Source: Nemertoderma westbladi (Eukaryota > Animalia > Xenacoelomorpha). From it: a stretch of 48,435 bases of DNA. Of the stretch, positions 10,862 to 22,983 are shown one piece after another. The stretch lies in contig JAUCBJ010003736.1 in NCBI GenBank assembly GCA_032718475.1, positions 1 to 48,435 on the forward strand. The letters run 5' to 3'. Under the pieces are notes generated by a model. That model saw nothing but the letters and a program-made list of their open reading frames with translations. It did not search any database and was not told the DNA's origin. The position numbers and the translations under genes were made by a program. The first letter of the stretch is position 1, and the number at the start of each line of letters is the position of its first letter.

Positions 10862-12925
10862 CTACAAGGTAGCGCATTCGCTAGCATTAGGCAGGTCTTT
10901 ATACTTTAAATATTGTGTGGTATGTGTTTCCTCATCTCCATATCGTTGTATTCTTTCCTCCTCGAATAACACATCAAGATTCCAGTGCACTAAACGAGTT
11001 TTGATGAATCCATCAAGATTATACGGAGGTATTGTTTCTTTCTCTATTCTGGAAACATTATATGGTTTTCGAAATGAGTTTACTTTAACTAACTGATCCA
11101 GATGTTTCTGCAGTTGTTCGAGTTCGACAAGATCGAGAGGATTTATTAGCGGTAGAAACTTCAGACTATGTGTAGGATCTTCCGGTTTTACCATGTAATA
11201 TTGTTTTAGATTGACGTAATAAGGGTGATCTTTGATCCCGTAAAACGAGTCCGGTAAAGGTCTAGCGCGTATGTTTACATCGTGTACCATGCGACGGACA
11301 AGATCTGCTCTATTGTCCGGAGGTTCAATGAGTATACCATCGACACGAGCGGATTCGATGGGCGGACGCTGCAACATAGCAGCGTCGGCGATAAGATCTC
11401 GAGATCTTAGGTTGATATCAACCGGTTGGGGTTGTGCCGTCGCAAAAAGTTTGTCTCCGAAATGGGGAACCATCGAGGGATGAAGAATGGTTTTAGAGTA
11501 GAGATCCGTCATAAGGATTTGCGCTTCGGGTTGAGCTAAAGCCGCTTCTTCTCTCTCATCCAGTTCTATATGTCTCTCCTCGAGCTGATTCTCCTCCGCT
11601 TGTTGTTGTAGACGCTCATCTAGAAACTCTTGTAAAGAGTAGGTTCGTCCACGTTCGATGTCCTCCTCGAGATTTTGTATTTCTCTATCGAACTGGGGTA
11701 AAGCTAATTCCTTCACCGCTTGGACTTGTTGCTGCAATTTACGCTTCTCCAAACAATCGTACGTTCCCTTTCCGATTTTCTGCCGAATAGCGTCTAATGC
11801 GTTTCGTACGACGCTCTCTTCGACTTCCGTAACGGGTTGGATAGAGGTGAAGCCGGGACGGTTGTATGGGTTAAACGGCGATATTAGATGACCACGTCCC
11901 AATCCAGCTAGGTAGGGTTGGCGAATGTCTCGTGAGCCTACTACCGGAGTGCCACCGATCAACTGTTCGGGTAACACTAGATCTTTGAACAGTGAGTACA
12001 GTTCGGGAGGGTCCGTGATACTATTAGGGTCAAGAGTTTGAGGTCTAACTAAGGAATGCGGAGGTCTGACCGAGTATTCCGGAACTCTGATCATCGGTTT
12101 GTTCAAGGATCGCTTGAGTCGAGCGACCGCAGGGGACACGTCGAACAGGTTTCGCTCGAAACTCCCGTAAGTATATCGTGTAAAACTGTGTTTAGCGCAA
12201 CGTCTCCGCGGATGTTTATGTCTTTCCGTTTGCTGATTGGGTCTAGGGCATTCGTCGCAGTAATACCAAAGACGCATGTCCTGCAGAGGAAACGCGGGTG
12301 ATCGTTCTCCAGTTTTACAATATTCCTCCATCTGTTCGAAGCTATCTGGGACAACAGGTAGCGGTCGATCGGCGGTAAGATACATCATAGTGAAATAGAG
12401 TCTTTTGAGTTCTATCATAGGATCATGATGTATACCTTGAGGATATCGAGTTTCGAGATTTTGTTGACTGGCAATATTGAGGTATGTTTCTCTCAAGAAT
12501 TCCAGATAATCGTTGAAGTCGTTGCGTTTATCCGGTTCTTCAACGTCTTCTCTTTCGAGTCGGTTTCGAATAGAGTTCTCGTGTTCTATTCTTGGCTTAT
12601 CGTTCCGATTCCGTTGGGTATGATATTTAAATAAAACCATTTCTCTTTCGGTATCCACATCGTCCGTATCGTGTAAATCGATAGGATGGCCGGTAGTTAT
12701 GAAGTCCATATACGTACCATTACGATGCGTATAACGAGCGGTGAACTTTCTATAATCCAATTCACGTGTAAGTTGCTCCGGGGACATTGGCGGTTCGATA
12801 TAACGACCATCATCCTCCGTAGTAGTTGGACCAGCGTCGCCGCGTATCAGGCTATCGACAAACGCTTGTAAAGGTAGAGTATATCGCTCCCTGATACCAA
12901 GATCATCTTCTATCAATTCAGTCAT
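10862..12925 (-). CDS. Accessory ORF-A, unknown function (putative Zn-binding motif and coiled coil), in frame with ORF-B
   Basis: 687-aa open frame with CDEC...HKHPRRRCAKH and a Q/E-rich helical segment. No signal peptide or transmembrane segment. Confidence 0.8.
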   Translation of the reverse strand: MTELIEDDLGIRERYTLPLQAFVDSLIRGDAGPTTTEDDGRYIEPPMSPEQLTRELDYRKFTARYTHRNGTYMDFITTGHPIDLHDTDDVDTEREMVLFKYHTQRNRNDKPRIEHENSIRNRLEREDVEEPDKRNDFNDYLEFLRETYLNIASQQNLETRYPQGIHHDPMIELKRLYFTMMYLTADRPLPVVPDSFEQMEEYCKTGERSPAFPLQDMRLWYYCDECPRPNQQTERHKHPRRRCAKHSFTRYTYGSFERNLFDVSPAVARLKRSLNKPMIRVPEYSVRPPHSLVRPQTLDPNSITDPPELYSLFKDLVLPEQLIGGTPVVGSRDIRQPYLAGLGRGHLISPFNPYNRPGFTSIQPVTEVEESVVRNALDAIRQKIGKGTYDCLEKRKLQQQVQAVKELALPQFDREIQNLEEDIERGRTYSLQEFLDERLQQQAEENQLEERHIELDEREEAALAQPEAQILMTDLYSKTILHPSMVPHFGDKLFATAQPQPVDINLRSRDLIADAAMLQRPPIESARVDGILIEPPDNRADLVRRMVHDVNIRARPLPDSFYGIKDHPYYVNLKQYYMVKPEDPTHSLKFLPLINPLDLVELEQLQKHLDQLVKVNSFRKPYNVSRIEKETIPPYNLDGFIKTRLVHWNLDVLFEEERIQRYGDEETHTTQYLKYKDLPNASECATL

Positions 12926-13756
12926 ATCTGCTATGAGTTTATCAATATTATAATGAGTTTATATATTAGGCTAGCGGGCGTCGCTGCCTACCCCTCTTTT
13001 GCCCCCGGACAGTGTAAGATCCTCAGCGCCGATGTACCGTCGTCGCTGTGCTTTCGCCAACGATGTAGCTACACAACGACAACGATAACCGGCACAAGTC
13101 ACTTCACTGTCCGTCCCAAAGGCTTAGATGTACTGCAGGTTCTTCTTGGAGAGTTAGGGTTACTTTCACAATTGCGACTCGCTACTGTAAACACACCTTA
13201 GTAGTAACATTCACCTACAAACGCACAAATTCCACGTAACTGTCACAAATGGTACACATTCTATCACACATTCGGGTCATTTGTCAGTTAGTCAAGTGCC
13301 TTCCAGAATGTCACGTTGTTATTATGTATCCTTGGATACTAGCGGTGTGCTATTTATTCCGTATGCTATTCAATGCGCAAGCCCTTTATTGTTCTTTTAA
13401 CTCACTTCTAATTCTAGCGTGGTTGTTGCCATGGTGACATTATGGAAAGCTAGCGGTAGAATTAGGGTAATTCTCATGCATACAGATCTGGGATGCTATT
13501 TAATAGTAATTCTTTAATGGTCAATATCCCCTTTATACATGATTCTATAAATTTTATCGGCTATTGACTATACATTGGAGATTCTCGCACACAAATACAC
13601 TTAATAGAGTGAATCTCCGCTCCCATGATCTATTAATTAATGGAATTTTGGGAATGTTATAAATTGTATAAAATGACAATTTATTAAATTCATTGAAATA
13701 TCTGAATTTAAATTTATTCCCGTAAATTTTATTATTTAATGTTAAATAGACACAAT

Positions 13757-14033
13757 TTTATTCCAGAACGTGTCTGGGAACTTGGATCCTTAATTCTAGG
13801 AATTTTGTCCTTTTAAGAGTATCGGTAAGTGCTACGATATCTTAATCGACTAGAATTTTAAAGGATCTGATATTTGACAGAATTTTGTAAATATTAATAA
13901 TTAATATTTAGGATGGGCACCAGTTTATTCCAGAACTTGTCTGGGGGCATTAACCACTGATTCTAGAATTTTGTCTTTCAAGTATATCGGTGGGTGCCGC
14001 GATATCTTAATAGACTAGAATTACAGATGGTCA
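13757..14033. repeat. Two diverged copies (~166-bp period) of a predicted two-hairpin RNA element
   Basis: tttattccagaac..tctggg...attctag...gtc...tatcg...cgata.tcttaa..gactagaatt occurs twice. Confidence 0.75.
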
Positions 14034-14546
14034 AAGGGTTTAACAGATTTATTTTGCGTTATACGCTACTGTTAAAGGGACATCACGCTACTATATGTAT
14101 TATTTAATATACGGTATGAGAGCAAATCGCACGTTTCCAAGGTCTACCCAGAGCTTGGTTTAGCCGAGACACGAGGATCTGAACTTTGCATTCCTAATAC
14201 TCTGCCTACCAATAATACTTGAATATAGTAGTGGCTTTATTGTACTTTAATAAGTACGGACATTTCATCTTACTGTAGTCATGTATTTATAATGTAATAC
14301 GGACAGTAAGGAAGGAGAAAAAGAATTATTTCTCGTCGTCGCACTAAATATATAATACAAGTAATTACGTAATAAATGCGAATATATTGCACTAATCTAC
14401 TAAATGTTCGCTAAAATAACATGTTACTAAATAAAATTAAATAAAACGATTAAAATAAAATTACATAATAATACATACTTAAATATAAAAGAATAAAACA
14501 AATACAAATATAAAATAATATGGTCACACACCCACTCCAGCCGTTT

Positions 14547-17500
14547 TTAAGTTGGGGAGTCCCTAGATGTTTGTTGGATTAGGGAGGTGGTCGTGGGAAG
14601 AGTATCTTGTCTCCCATAGTTTCCGGAGAGTTCTCTGTCTCTTTCCAGTAAACATAAGTGACCAACTGGGCGATTGAGCTGCTGTGTCTCAAAGACAATT
14701 CCCGGTTTCGACGACGAGATCTACCGATCGCACCAAACCATCATCCGAGATGTGAGTCTCGATGATACGACCTGTCTGCCACCGCTTACGTGGAAGATCC
14801 ACATCCACAATAAGAACCATGTCTCCAGCGCTGACGTTTTCTTGCTGCGCAAACCACTTAGTTCGAAGTTGTAGCGTGGGCAGATAATGTTTTTCGAAAT
14901 GGTCAGCGAAACGACGGGATAACAACTGCATGAGTTGCCAAGTTTGTCGGCAGTATTCGTCTCCGTCTGTGATTTCCGATTGTGGGAGCATGGCTACAGG
15001 TTTCTTCAGTAGGAAGTGCGCGGGTGTTAGCGCCTCCAGGGAATCGGGACTCGATGAGACTGGCATAAGCGGTCTCTCGTTGAGATAGGCGGCGATTTCT
15101 TCCATTAACGTCCGCAAAAGTTCGTCGGTGAGATAAGCGCGACAAGGCACTATAAAATGAAATGCTGTCTTCACACTTCTTATTAATCTCTCCCAACTTC
15201 CTCCCCACCAAGGGGCGTCGGCGGCGTTGAAGGTCCAACTAGACGCTGTTACTCGTAGTTGGTCGTCCACCTGTCTTTGGTTTCAATCTTTGACGTAAGC
15301 TTTGATTTCATTGTTGGCACCAATGAAGTTTGTTCCCTTATCAGATCTCATCGTGTTACTAGTGCCAAAGCGAGCGATCTGTCGTCGTAAGCTTAATAGA
15401 AAGCTGTTGGTAGATAAATCGTTCACCATATCGAGATGGATGGCTCTACAAGTCATACAAACAAAGATTACACACCATCTCTTGACTATAGTCCTAGCAC
15501 GATATACTTCAATAGGGCCAAATAAATCCACACCGGTATTAGTAAAGGGTGGTTCATAAAAGCTTACTCGTTCCCTAGGTAATTCTGCCTCTCTCTGTGT
15601 TAAAGGCCTACTGAATGCTTTCCTACAGGGTATACAGTTCCTAAGAACTTGGTTCAGAGCTCTACGGGGTTTATAAAAATAATAGCGATTTCGAATTTCG
15701 CTAAGAACTCATTCTCTACCAGCATGATAAAGTTTGCTGTGAACATCTACAATCATCTTGACTTGTATTTCAAGATTTCTAATGAGTATGGGGAACTTAG
15801 TATCAAAGGATAATGGGGCATTCGTTAACCTTCCTCCAACACATATCAACCCATCTATCATTGTGCTAGAGAAACGATCCCTTAAGCGCATCTGTGGATT
15901 TCTCAACAACAGGAAATACTTATCGGAATCTTCATAGCATTGTAAGAGTCTCAGCATCTGTTTGTTGGTTTCTTCATGCTCCTGATAACTGATCTTCTCC
16001 TTCAGAAACCTGTCGGGTATCTTATGTTTGGGAAGATCTTTAATAACATGGACCTGCACTGATGTGATTGGAGCGGTATCACCCTTTGTTTTCATCCCAG
16101 AGTAGTGATGGTGAAAACATCTCTTTAAATATGTAACGGCCTTACAGAGCCGATTCCAGGAACTGTAGTGATGTATCGCTCTCTGCAGAAGAGGTGAGAG
16201 TCCTTGCGAGACGTCTGGTATGCCAGATTTCCAATCCTTATCACGGATTTCCACAACGGGTTTATTTGAGGCTGTGGGTTTCTGATCCAAAGCGTCGTCT
16301 CCGGAAGTATGTAGGACAGACAGATCTACTGTGGGTTTGAATAACTTCGATTTACTCGCCTGAGTTTTAGGTTTGACTTTCTCCGCTCCCTTGGCCTGTC
16401 TAATCTCTGCTGTAGTAAGATGAGGAGGCCATTCTTCTTCTTCTTTGTAGAGGAAGTCGGGTCCACCTAACCAGTCTGGAGTATCTACCAGTTCTTGTGG
16501 AGTTGCTCCCCTGGAAGCGATGTCCGCTGGATTAATTGTTCCGGGGCAATGTCTCCATTGATCCATCGTCGTGCGACTGAGTATAATAGCTACTCTGTTG
16601 GTAACGAAGACGCTGAACTGACAGACTTCATTGGTGATATACTCCAACACGAGTAAGGCGTCGGTCCAATAGACAGTTTTCTCCAGGGGATAGTCGATCT
16701 GTTCTGTTACATTCCGGCCGATGGCTGTAGCGTATAGAGCCGCTTTTAACTCCGCTCGAGGAACTTTCAACTTGTTGTTTATCAATGCCTTAGAGGTAAC
16801 CAAGGCGACTTTGATTCCGTCCGGAGTTTCCACCCTTAGGTAGGCTACTATACCGATTCCCATATCGCTGGCGTCTCCAAACACATGGAGTTGATATGAA
16901 TACGTAGGGAGAACATGACCAAAATATGAACGGGAAATTATAAAGTTTTCGATGGCTGGTAGAGAATCTTCCCATTTCATCCACTTCTTTAATAATTCTT
17001 CCTTAAGTGGATCGTCCCATGAGTGGTTTTCAAGTCACATTTGTTGTACTAAACTCCGAGCAATTAATATAACTGGGCTAATAAATCCCAATGGATCGAA
17101 ATAAGTGCTCAGGATACTTAAACAAATCCGTTTAGTCCGAACTGGATTATCTCGCTGTTTTAATTGGAAAAACAGGATATCTCTTTCTGTGTCCCATTTC
17201 AAACCAAGGGTCTTAGTTTCTGGGAGATCATCCTTTATTAGATCTAGGTCTTTTGTTCCTCGATCTTCTACCGGGATCGACTCCAGAAACTCACGGGAGT
17301 TGCTAGTGAATTTAGTTAATCGAAATCCACCTTTCTTTAAGCATTCTACCGTTCCTTTAGTGACCTCAATGGCTTCTTCGACTGATGGAAGGGACTTCAG
17401 ATTATCGTCCATGTAGATGTTTCGTTTGATATTGTCGATCACCTCTTTAGAGAAGGCGTCTCGGTTGTCATCCGCAGTGGTGCGCACCACGGAACAGGCG

Positions 17501-20500
17501 TTTGAAGGGCTCGAGATTATCCCAAAGGCTTGGATGGTCATCCAGTACTCCACCGGTTTCTTGTTGAGGTCTCCTTCAGGTCACCACAAAAATCGTAGGC
17601 TATCTCGATCCCTATCCAGCGCTTTGACTTGTAAGAACATGCCTTTTATATCTGAGGCGAAAGCAATGGAATATTGTCTTAATCTTAATAGTATTCCCAA
17701 CAAGGATTGGAGTAAGTTGGGTCCGGGTAACAATTCAGAATTAAGAGATTGGCCCATATAAAGGGCGGAACCGTCAAACACCACTCGTACTTCATGGGGT
17801 TTACCAGGTTTGGGAACGTAATGGTGAGTTAAATAATACGTTCTCTCAGTTATAGGTGTTTCTTCCGGTACTAGCTCCGCATATCCCTTGCTAATAAACT
17901 TCCTCAACTGCGTTTGATACATTTCTTTAGCTGAAGAATTTGCCGTAAGGCGTCGATGTAGTTGAGCAATTCTTTTCTCCGCCAAGGGTCTGTTGTTTAC
18001 GAACTTTGGTTCTCGCTTTCGGAAAGGTAGACCGATCTCATATCTACCTTGATCTTTAAGAAAACGTGTAGTTGTCTCTTGGATCTGCTTGGCTCTTTCT
18101 TCCTCTACCGATAGGGCCTTATCATAGGAATTGGACTCTACAGCCTCTTGAGTAAAGAATCGTACGGCGTGTTCGTCCCGAGTCTTGGCATTATAACGTT
18201 CAATGATGTCATTAAGCTCGTCGTTATAGTCGTCTCGCTCTGATGGAAGAAGGAGTTGACATAAGTTCACTTGGTTTTGCCAAGTCTCGTTTTCCTTAAG
18301 GAGATCGATGGCATTCTCCTCGTCAAAAAGTTGGTGGACATCGTCATTATCTGAGGAGTATGGTGTTCCCTCAGTTGGATCATCTAACTCACTGCTCTCG
18401 ACTTCCCATTCTCTCACTTGACATACCTGGTCTTTCGGTAATCTTTCCATGAGGGTTCTACGGGAAGGGCAAGTAAAGTACCAACCCACTCTAGTTCTTC
18501 CCGCATAAGCTTGTAGTGGTTGCGGTTGAGCGGGCCGTTTCACCAATGTCTCGAGCGCTTCATGCGCGTTTTGACCGATGAGTATTTGCACTCCAGGGTA
18601 ATCGGTGTTGAATCTAGGTATTTCCAGCTGCTGGGTGAAATCGTCCTCATCCCAGTTATAAGGTTCCACTTGAGTGGTAGCGAAGTTCTTTATCGCCACC
18701 ATTTTTACTGACCTTATACTATGTTCTCCTAGTTCATCCTGGGGGGTGGACAACGCACCTACATAATAATCCGCGATTACTGTAGATTTCCAAACCTGCA
18801 TAATTCCTGACATGTTTAGCTTAGTTCGGAACTTGGGTTGTCCAGCAAAGATGTCTTCGGCTAGTTCTTTGTCGATGAATGTTCCTGTACTACCGGAGTC
18901 AAGGAGGGCGTTCACTACATAACTTCTTTTAGGTCCGTGGACCCTTACCTGTACTACAGGAAATTCTCGGATTCCTACATTGGAAGATGGCGCTTTCCAA
19001 GATGGTTGTCGATCAGAAGTAGTTAGGATGAGGTCGCTGTCTGTATCTTTTTCATACGTGAGTGCTCGATACACTGCGGTATTTATCATGTAACAGGATT
19101 CGTTTTCGTCGGAGAACTCGTCCGTATTGAATCCTTCCATCTCAGATTGATCAGTGTCGTTCACATCACTGAATTGGACATGTAGTTCGGAATCACTTAC
19201 CTGACTCGGACTATTTCGCTCGAATTCAGTGTGCAACAAGATATGATGTTTCGCACCGCACTTTGCACACCTTGTGTCGGAGTAACAGGTTCGCCGTTGG
19301 TGCCCTTGTCTGAGGCAATTATAACACAACCGCTTATCCCACATGACTTCCCGTCTCTCAGTTAATGATTTCTTTAGGAATTCATCACACATATTCAAGC
19401 GATGGGTCCCGTCACATAGCGCACATTTCGGTTTGATGTTACTTACCTTACTTTGAGTAACATTGTGTACACTTGTTTTTTCTTCGGGCTTTTTCACCTG
19501 AATTCTCTTAGGAGACGTAGGAGGAGTTTTTCTTACCTGTTCTCTCCTGTCATTGGTTCGAGACTTGAATTTACTTACCTGATCTTTAGGCATTTTATTG
19601 ACATAATAAGATCTGTCAGTGTCTTTCCCGCTATCCTCTCCTTGAGAAGTCTGGCTTTCGCCGTTGTCTGTATAACACACTGGTGTTACCTTTCTCCTAG
19701 AGACGGGTTTTTCACTTACCTTGTTTTCCGGGGTCTTCTCTCTGGACAGTTTTAGGAGCTGTAATTTCACTTCTCCATCTAGGAATGACATGAGATCAGC
19801 CATGGTAGGGTCTCGTCGTTGTTGTTCCATCATATATAACACTTTCTTATCCCAGCGTGTACCTACTCCACCCTTCGGTAAAGTAGAAGCCACTGCTCTA
19901 ATAACCATAGCACTCTGATACTCATGAGACTTACCTAGCCAATCTAATTGTCTGCAGATCTCCTGAATCTCATCGGAAAACTCTATAATCCCGCTGCTAA
20001 TAAACTTTCGGGGCGCTACCAACTTTGCATACAAATACCCAGCTATGTTATTCCTATTACCATACCTGATGTTTAGTGTATCCCAAACTTGTCTTAATCC
20101 GTCTGGATGTCCAATAAACTTTAACGCCATTAACTTGGGAGATCCTTCCAAGCACTCGATGAGGAATCTAAGTTTCTCTCCATTAGATAGTACAGAGTTC
20201 TGTATGTTATCTTTGTAATATTCATTAAAAGGTAACCATTTCATCTCATCTCCATTGAACTTGACGATCTCTCCCACCTTTACCGCTTGCCGGGCTTCGG
20301 TTCTAGCCGTTTGACGCGTAAAACTTTCTTGGGCCATCATGTTATTTAATATCGAGTTATCGGTATATAAATTTCTCGGATTATGATCAGGTCTATAGGG
20401 AATATCATTGTCAACAGGTTTATAATTACCCTTAATAGGGTTCACTATAGGAGTTTCTACCTCGCTAGCAGTATAGATGCATGTAGGCTCCACACCTTGC

Positions 20501-20548
20501 GCATGAGATACTTCAGACCTAACAGGTTGACACATTGTTACAGGGGGT
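14547..20548 (-). pseudogene. BEL/Pao gag-pol, 3' part (Gag core, 3 zinc knuckles, protease, RT, RNase H, integrase)
   Basis: KFNGDEMKW..EKLRFL; CALCDGTH..CYNCLRQGH..CAKCGAKHHILLH; LLDSGS; RVVFDGS, SLNSELLPGPNL, YMDD; HVFGDAS, NPADIASRG; GVDLFGP, SDKGTNF, APWWGGSWERLI. Four in-frame TGA stops and one late frameshift (~14700). Confidence 0.96.
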
Positions 20549-21078
20549 TGTGACGGGATCCAGGAGGGATCCCGATTTATCCGGTATTTAGTTCACGCGT
20601 CCCCGCCGTGTATAAAGAGTGAATGAAAGTAAAATGAGTTCTGAAGTTCGGTGTATAATAATAGAGGTATAAGATATAGGTATATTGTATAGTATATGGA
20701 AGGCGGGATACGGTAACTAAAAGTCCCGTGCTCCCCTATCTAAACTAATTAACCTATGCTAGCACTACTGCACTGAGATAACTGAATTACTGATATTGGG
20801 TTACTGGTTATATTGCACGGTTGGCCTAATTACTACCTAATCGATGCCTTGCCCCCCTCTGATTGGTTGATACCCTTGTTGGCACCCCGTGGAGTGTTCC
20901 CGTTCACTCCATCTGTTCTCTCTGGGTTAGGGGTTTGGCCCCTGACCCTTTATTGTGTGCTTCCTTCCCACTCTTATTGGGATGGCACGAGTTGGTTAAT
21001 TATCCAATCTCGTGGCTCCCAATATTGCTTATCGGCTTATAACTTTATGGGGTGTTAGCGGGATTGAATAAGCTAACA
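20549..21078 (-). repeat. Nested element 3' LTR (530 bp)
   Basis: Matches 26664-27193. Minus-strand CCAAT (~20865), TATAA (20812) and TCAGTT Inr (20783) at canonical spacing. Confidence 0.96.
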
Positions 21079-21589
21079 CTCCCCCCCATGCTATCTTCCC
21101 GGTAAGAAGATAGCATCAACCAAAAAAGTGCGCTACAATCCCGCTGGATCCCGATCTAGTATCGGGTGTGGGGTGGAATCCTTTTCTCTCGGAGCCAGCT
21201 TTCCAGGCCGCTCCCTATGGGTATGATATTGCTACCCTCTGGCGTTTCGTGTCGGGCCGATCGTGCGCTTCTCTCACACAATTTTTGTTTCCCCAACACT
21301 CTCACCACTCTACTCCAACTCTCGCATACTCCCGGACCTCCTCGTCCCACACTCTTCCTCTCACTTCTCCTCCCCCACACTTGAATTGCGCCCACGTTCT
21401 CTTCGCACTCCGCACTAGTTACTCCATCCCTCCTTGACTACCTTATCCCTTCTGACGAATCTCAACCCCCTCCGTGCCGTCGCACTCAGGAAATGTGAAA
21501 TCGTCTGGCGTCTTGTCCCTAGTGCCATAGTCAGTTAGCCCCCCAGTCCCAGTAGCTAATTGAGAAAGGTTGTATGACTATAGTACTTA

Positions 21590-22980
21590 CACCACTCTCT
21601 CCGCACTCCGCACTATCACCTCCCCACTCTCTTGTCACTCCCTAAGGCTTTAATCTCTAATGCTACCCCTGTGCTATCATACTATCTACCTACTGCTTAC
21701 TAACTCTAACTATCTAACTAACTCTGCTAACTACTAACTCTTACTACTTCTAGCCCTAACTGAGAGCCTCTAACTTTCTACTGACTCTAACTCTCTACTA
21801 AGTCTAACTAACTCCTACTAACTTTCTACTTCTACTAACTCTACTTGACTCCTCTGAGTCTACCAACTCTGCTAACTAGCTCTACTAACTCTACTCCACT
21901 AGCTCTGCTAACTCTACTCCACTAGCTCTGCTAACTCTACTAACTAGCTCTACTAACTCTACTCCACTCTTCTAACTACGTGGCGCTTGCGGTGCCCACA
22001 ACCACTCTACTATATGGCACCCTATGTGCCCTCTCTGCTCTACTGTACTACCTGGCACCCTATGTGCCCTCTCTACTACACTACTACCTCTCTAACTCTA
22101 CTACCTGGCACCCTATGTGCCCTCTCTACTACTCTACTCTATCCCTAACTCCCTAACTCTACTACCTGGCACCCTATGTGCCCGTCTCTACTACTCTACT
22201 CTATCTCTAACACTCTAACTTTACTACCTGGCACCCTATGTGCCCGTCTCTACTACTCTACTCTATCTCTAACACTCTAACTTTACTACCTGGCACCCTA
22301 CGTGCCCTCTCTACTACTCTACCCTATCTCTAACTTACTTCCTTTACATCCACTCGCCTGCACGTGATGCTCTGAATGCCGGCAGAGTGGGTACGTTAAT
22401 TATGTGAACTACTACTAACTCTTACTAACTCTACTTCTATCTACGTGGCGCTAACGGTGCCCACAACCACAACCGGTACTACGTACCCTCTTACTAACTC
22501 TACCTCTATCTACTAACTCTACTAACTCCACAACCTACTACTCCCTCTTACTAACTCAACTAACTCTACTACTAACTCCTTTTGTGCCCGGCACCTCTTG
22601 TGCCCGGCACCCACCCTAATTAACATACCCTGCTCTTACATCAAACACGTCATCACGCCCGTGCCCCACTAAGTTCAGCGCATTCCCTACTAACTCTAAC
22701 TACGTGGCGCTTCCGGTGCCCACAACCCTTCTACTGCTACTACTAACACTCCTAACTAGCGGTACTACGTACCCTCTTACTACTCTAGCTCTCTCTACTA
22801 GCTAGCGGTACAACGTACCCTCTTACTCTTACTAACTCTCTCTACTCTTACTAACCGGTACTACGTACCCTCTAACTCTTACTCTCTAACGGTACTACGT
22901 ACCACCCTTTAACTAACTAACTAACTAACTCTTACTACCTAACTTCTACCTACTCTATTATTTAATTATTTTCTTATTTT
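21590..22980. repeat. Low-complexity CTA/CTCTA/CTAA tract with embedded sub-repeats (3' UTR of nested element)
   Basis: About 6 copies of ctacctggcaccctatgtgccc (22010-22310), 3 of ctacgtggcgct..ggtgcccacaacc, and several of cggtactacgtacc. Confidence 0.85.
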
Positions 22981-22983
22981 TAA

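Noticed and set aside
8672-12925. env gene of the BEL/Pao element
   Set aside because: No signal peptide or transmembrane anchor; Cys residues are in CCHC-like motifs and there is an NLS-like tail.
15283-17583. Host genetic code with UGA=Trp
   Set aside because: TGG is used for most Trp codons, TGA terminates the 47071 ORF, and a Gypsy TGA looks like CGA decay; mutation bias is the simpler explanation.
20813-21058. Duplicated 81-aa ORF (also 26928-27173) and LTR ORFs 8048-8365 / 31916-32125
   Set aside because: Incidental ORFs within LTR copies, with non-ATG starts and no recognisable motifs.
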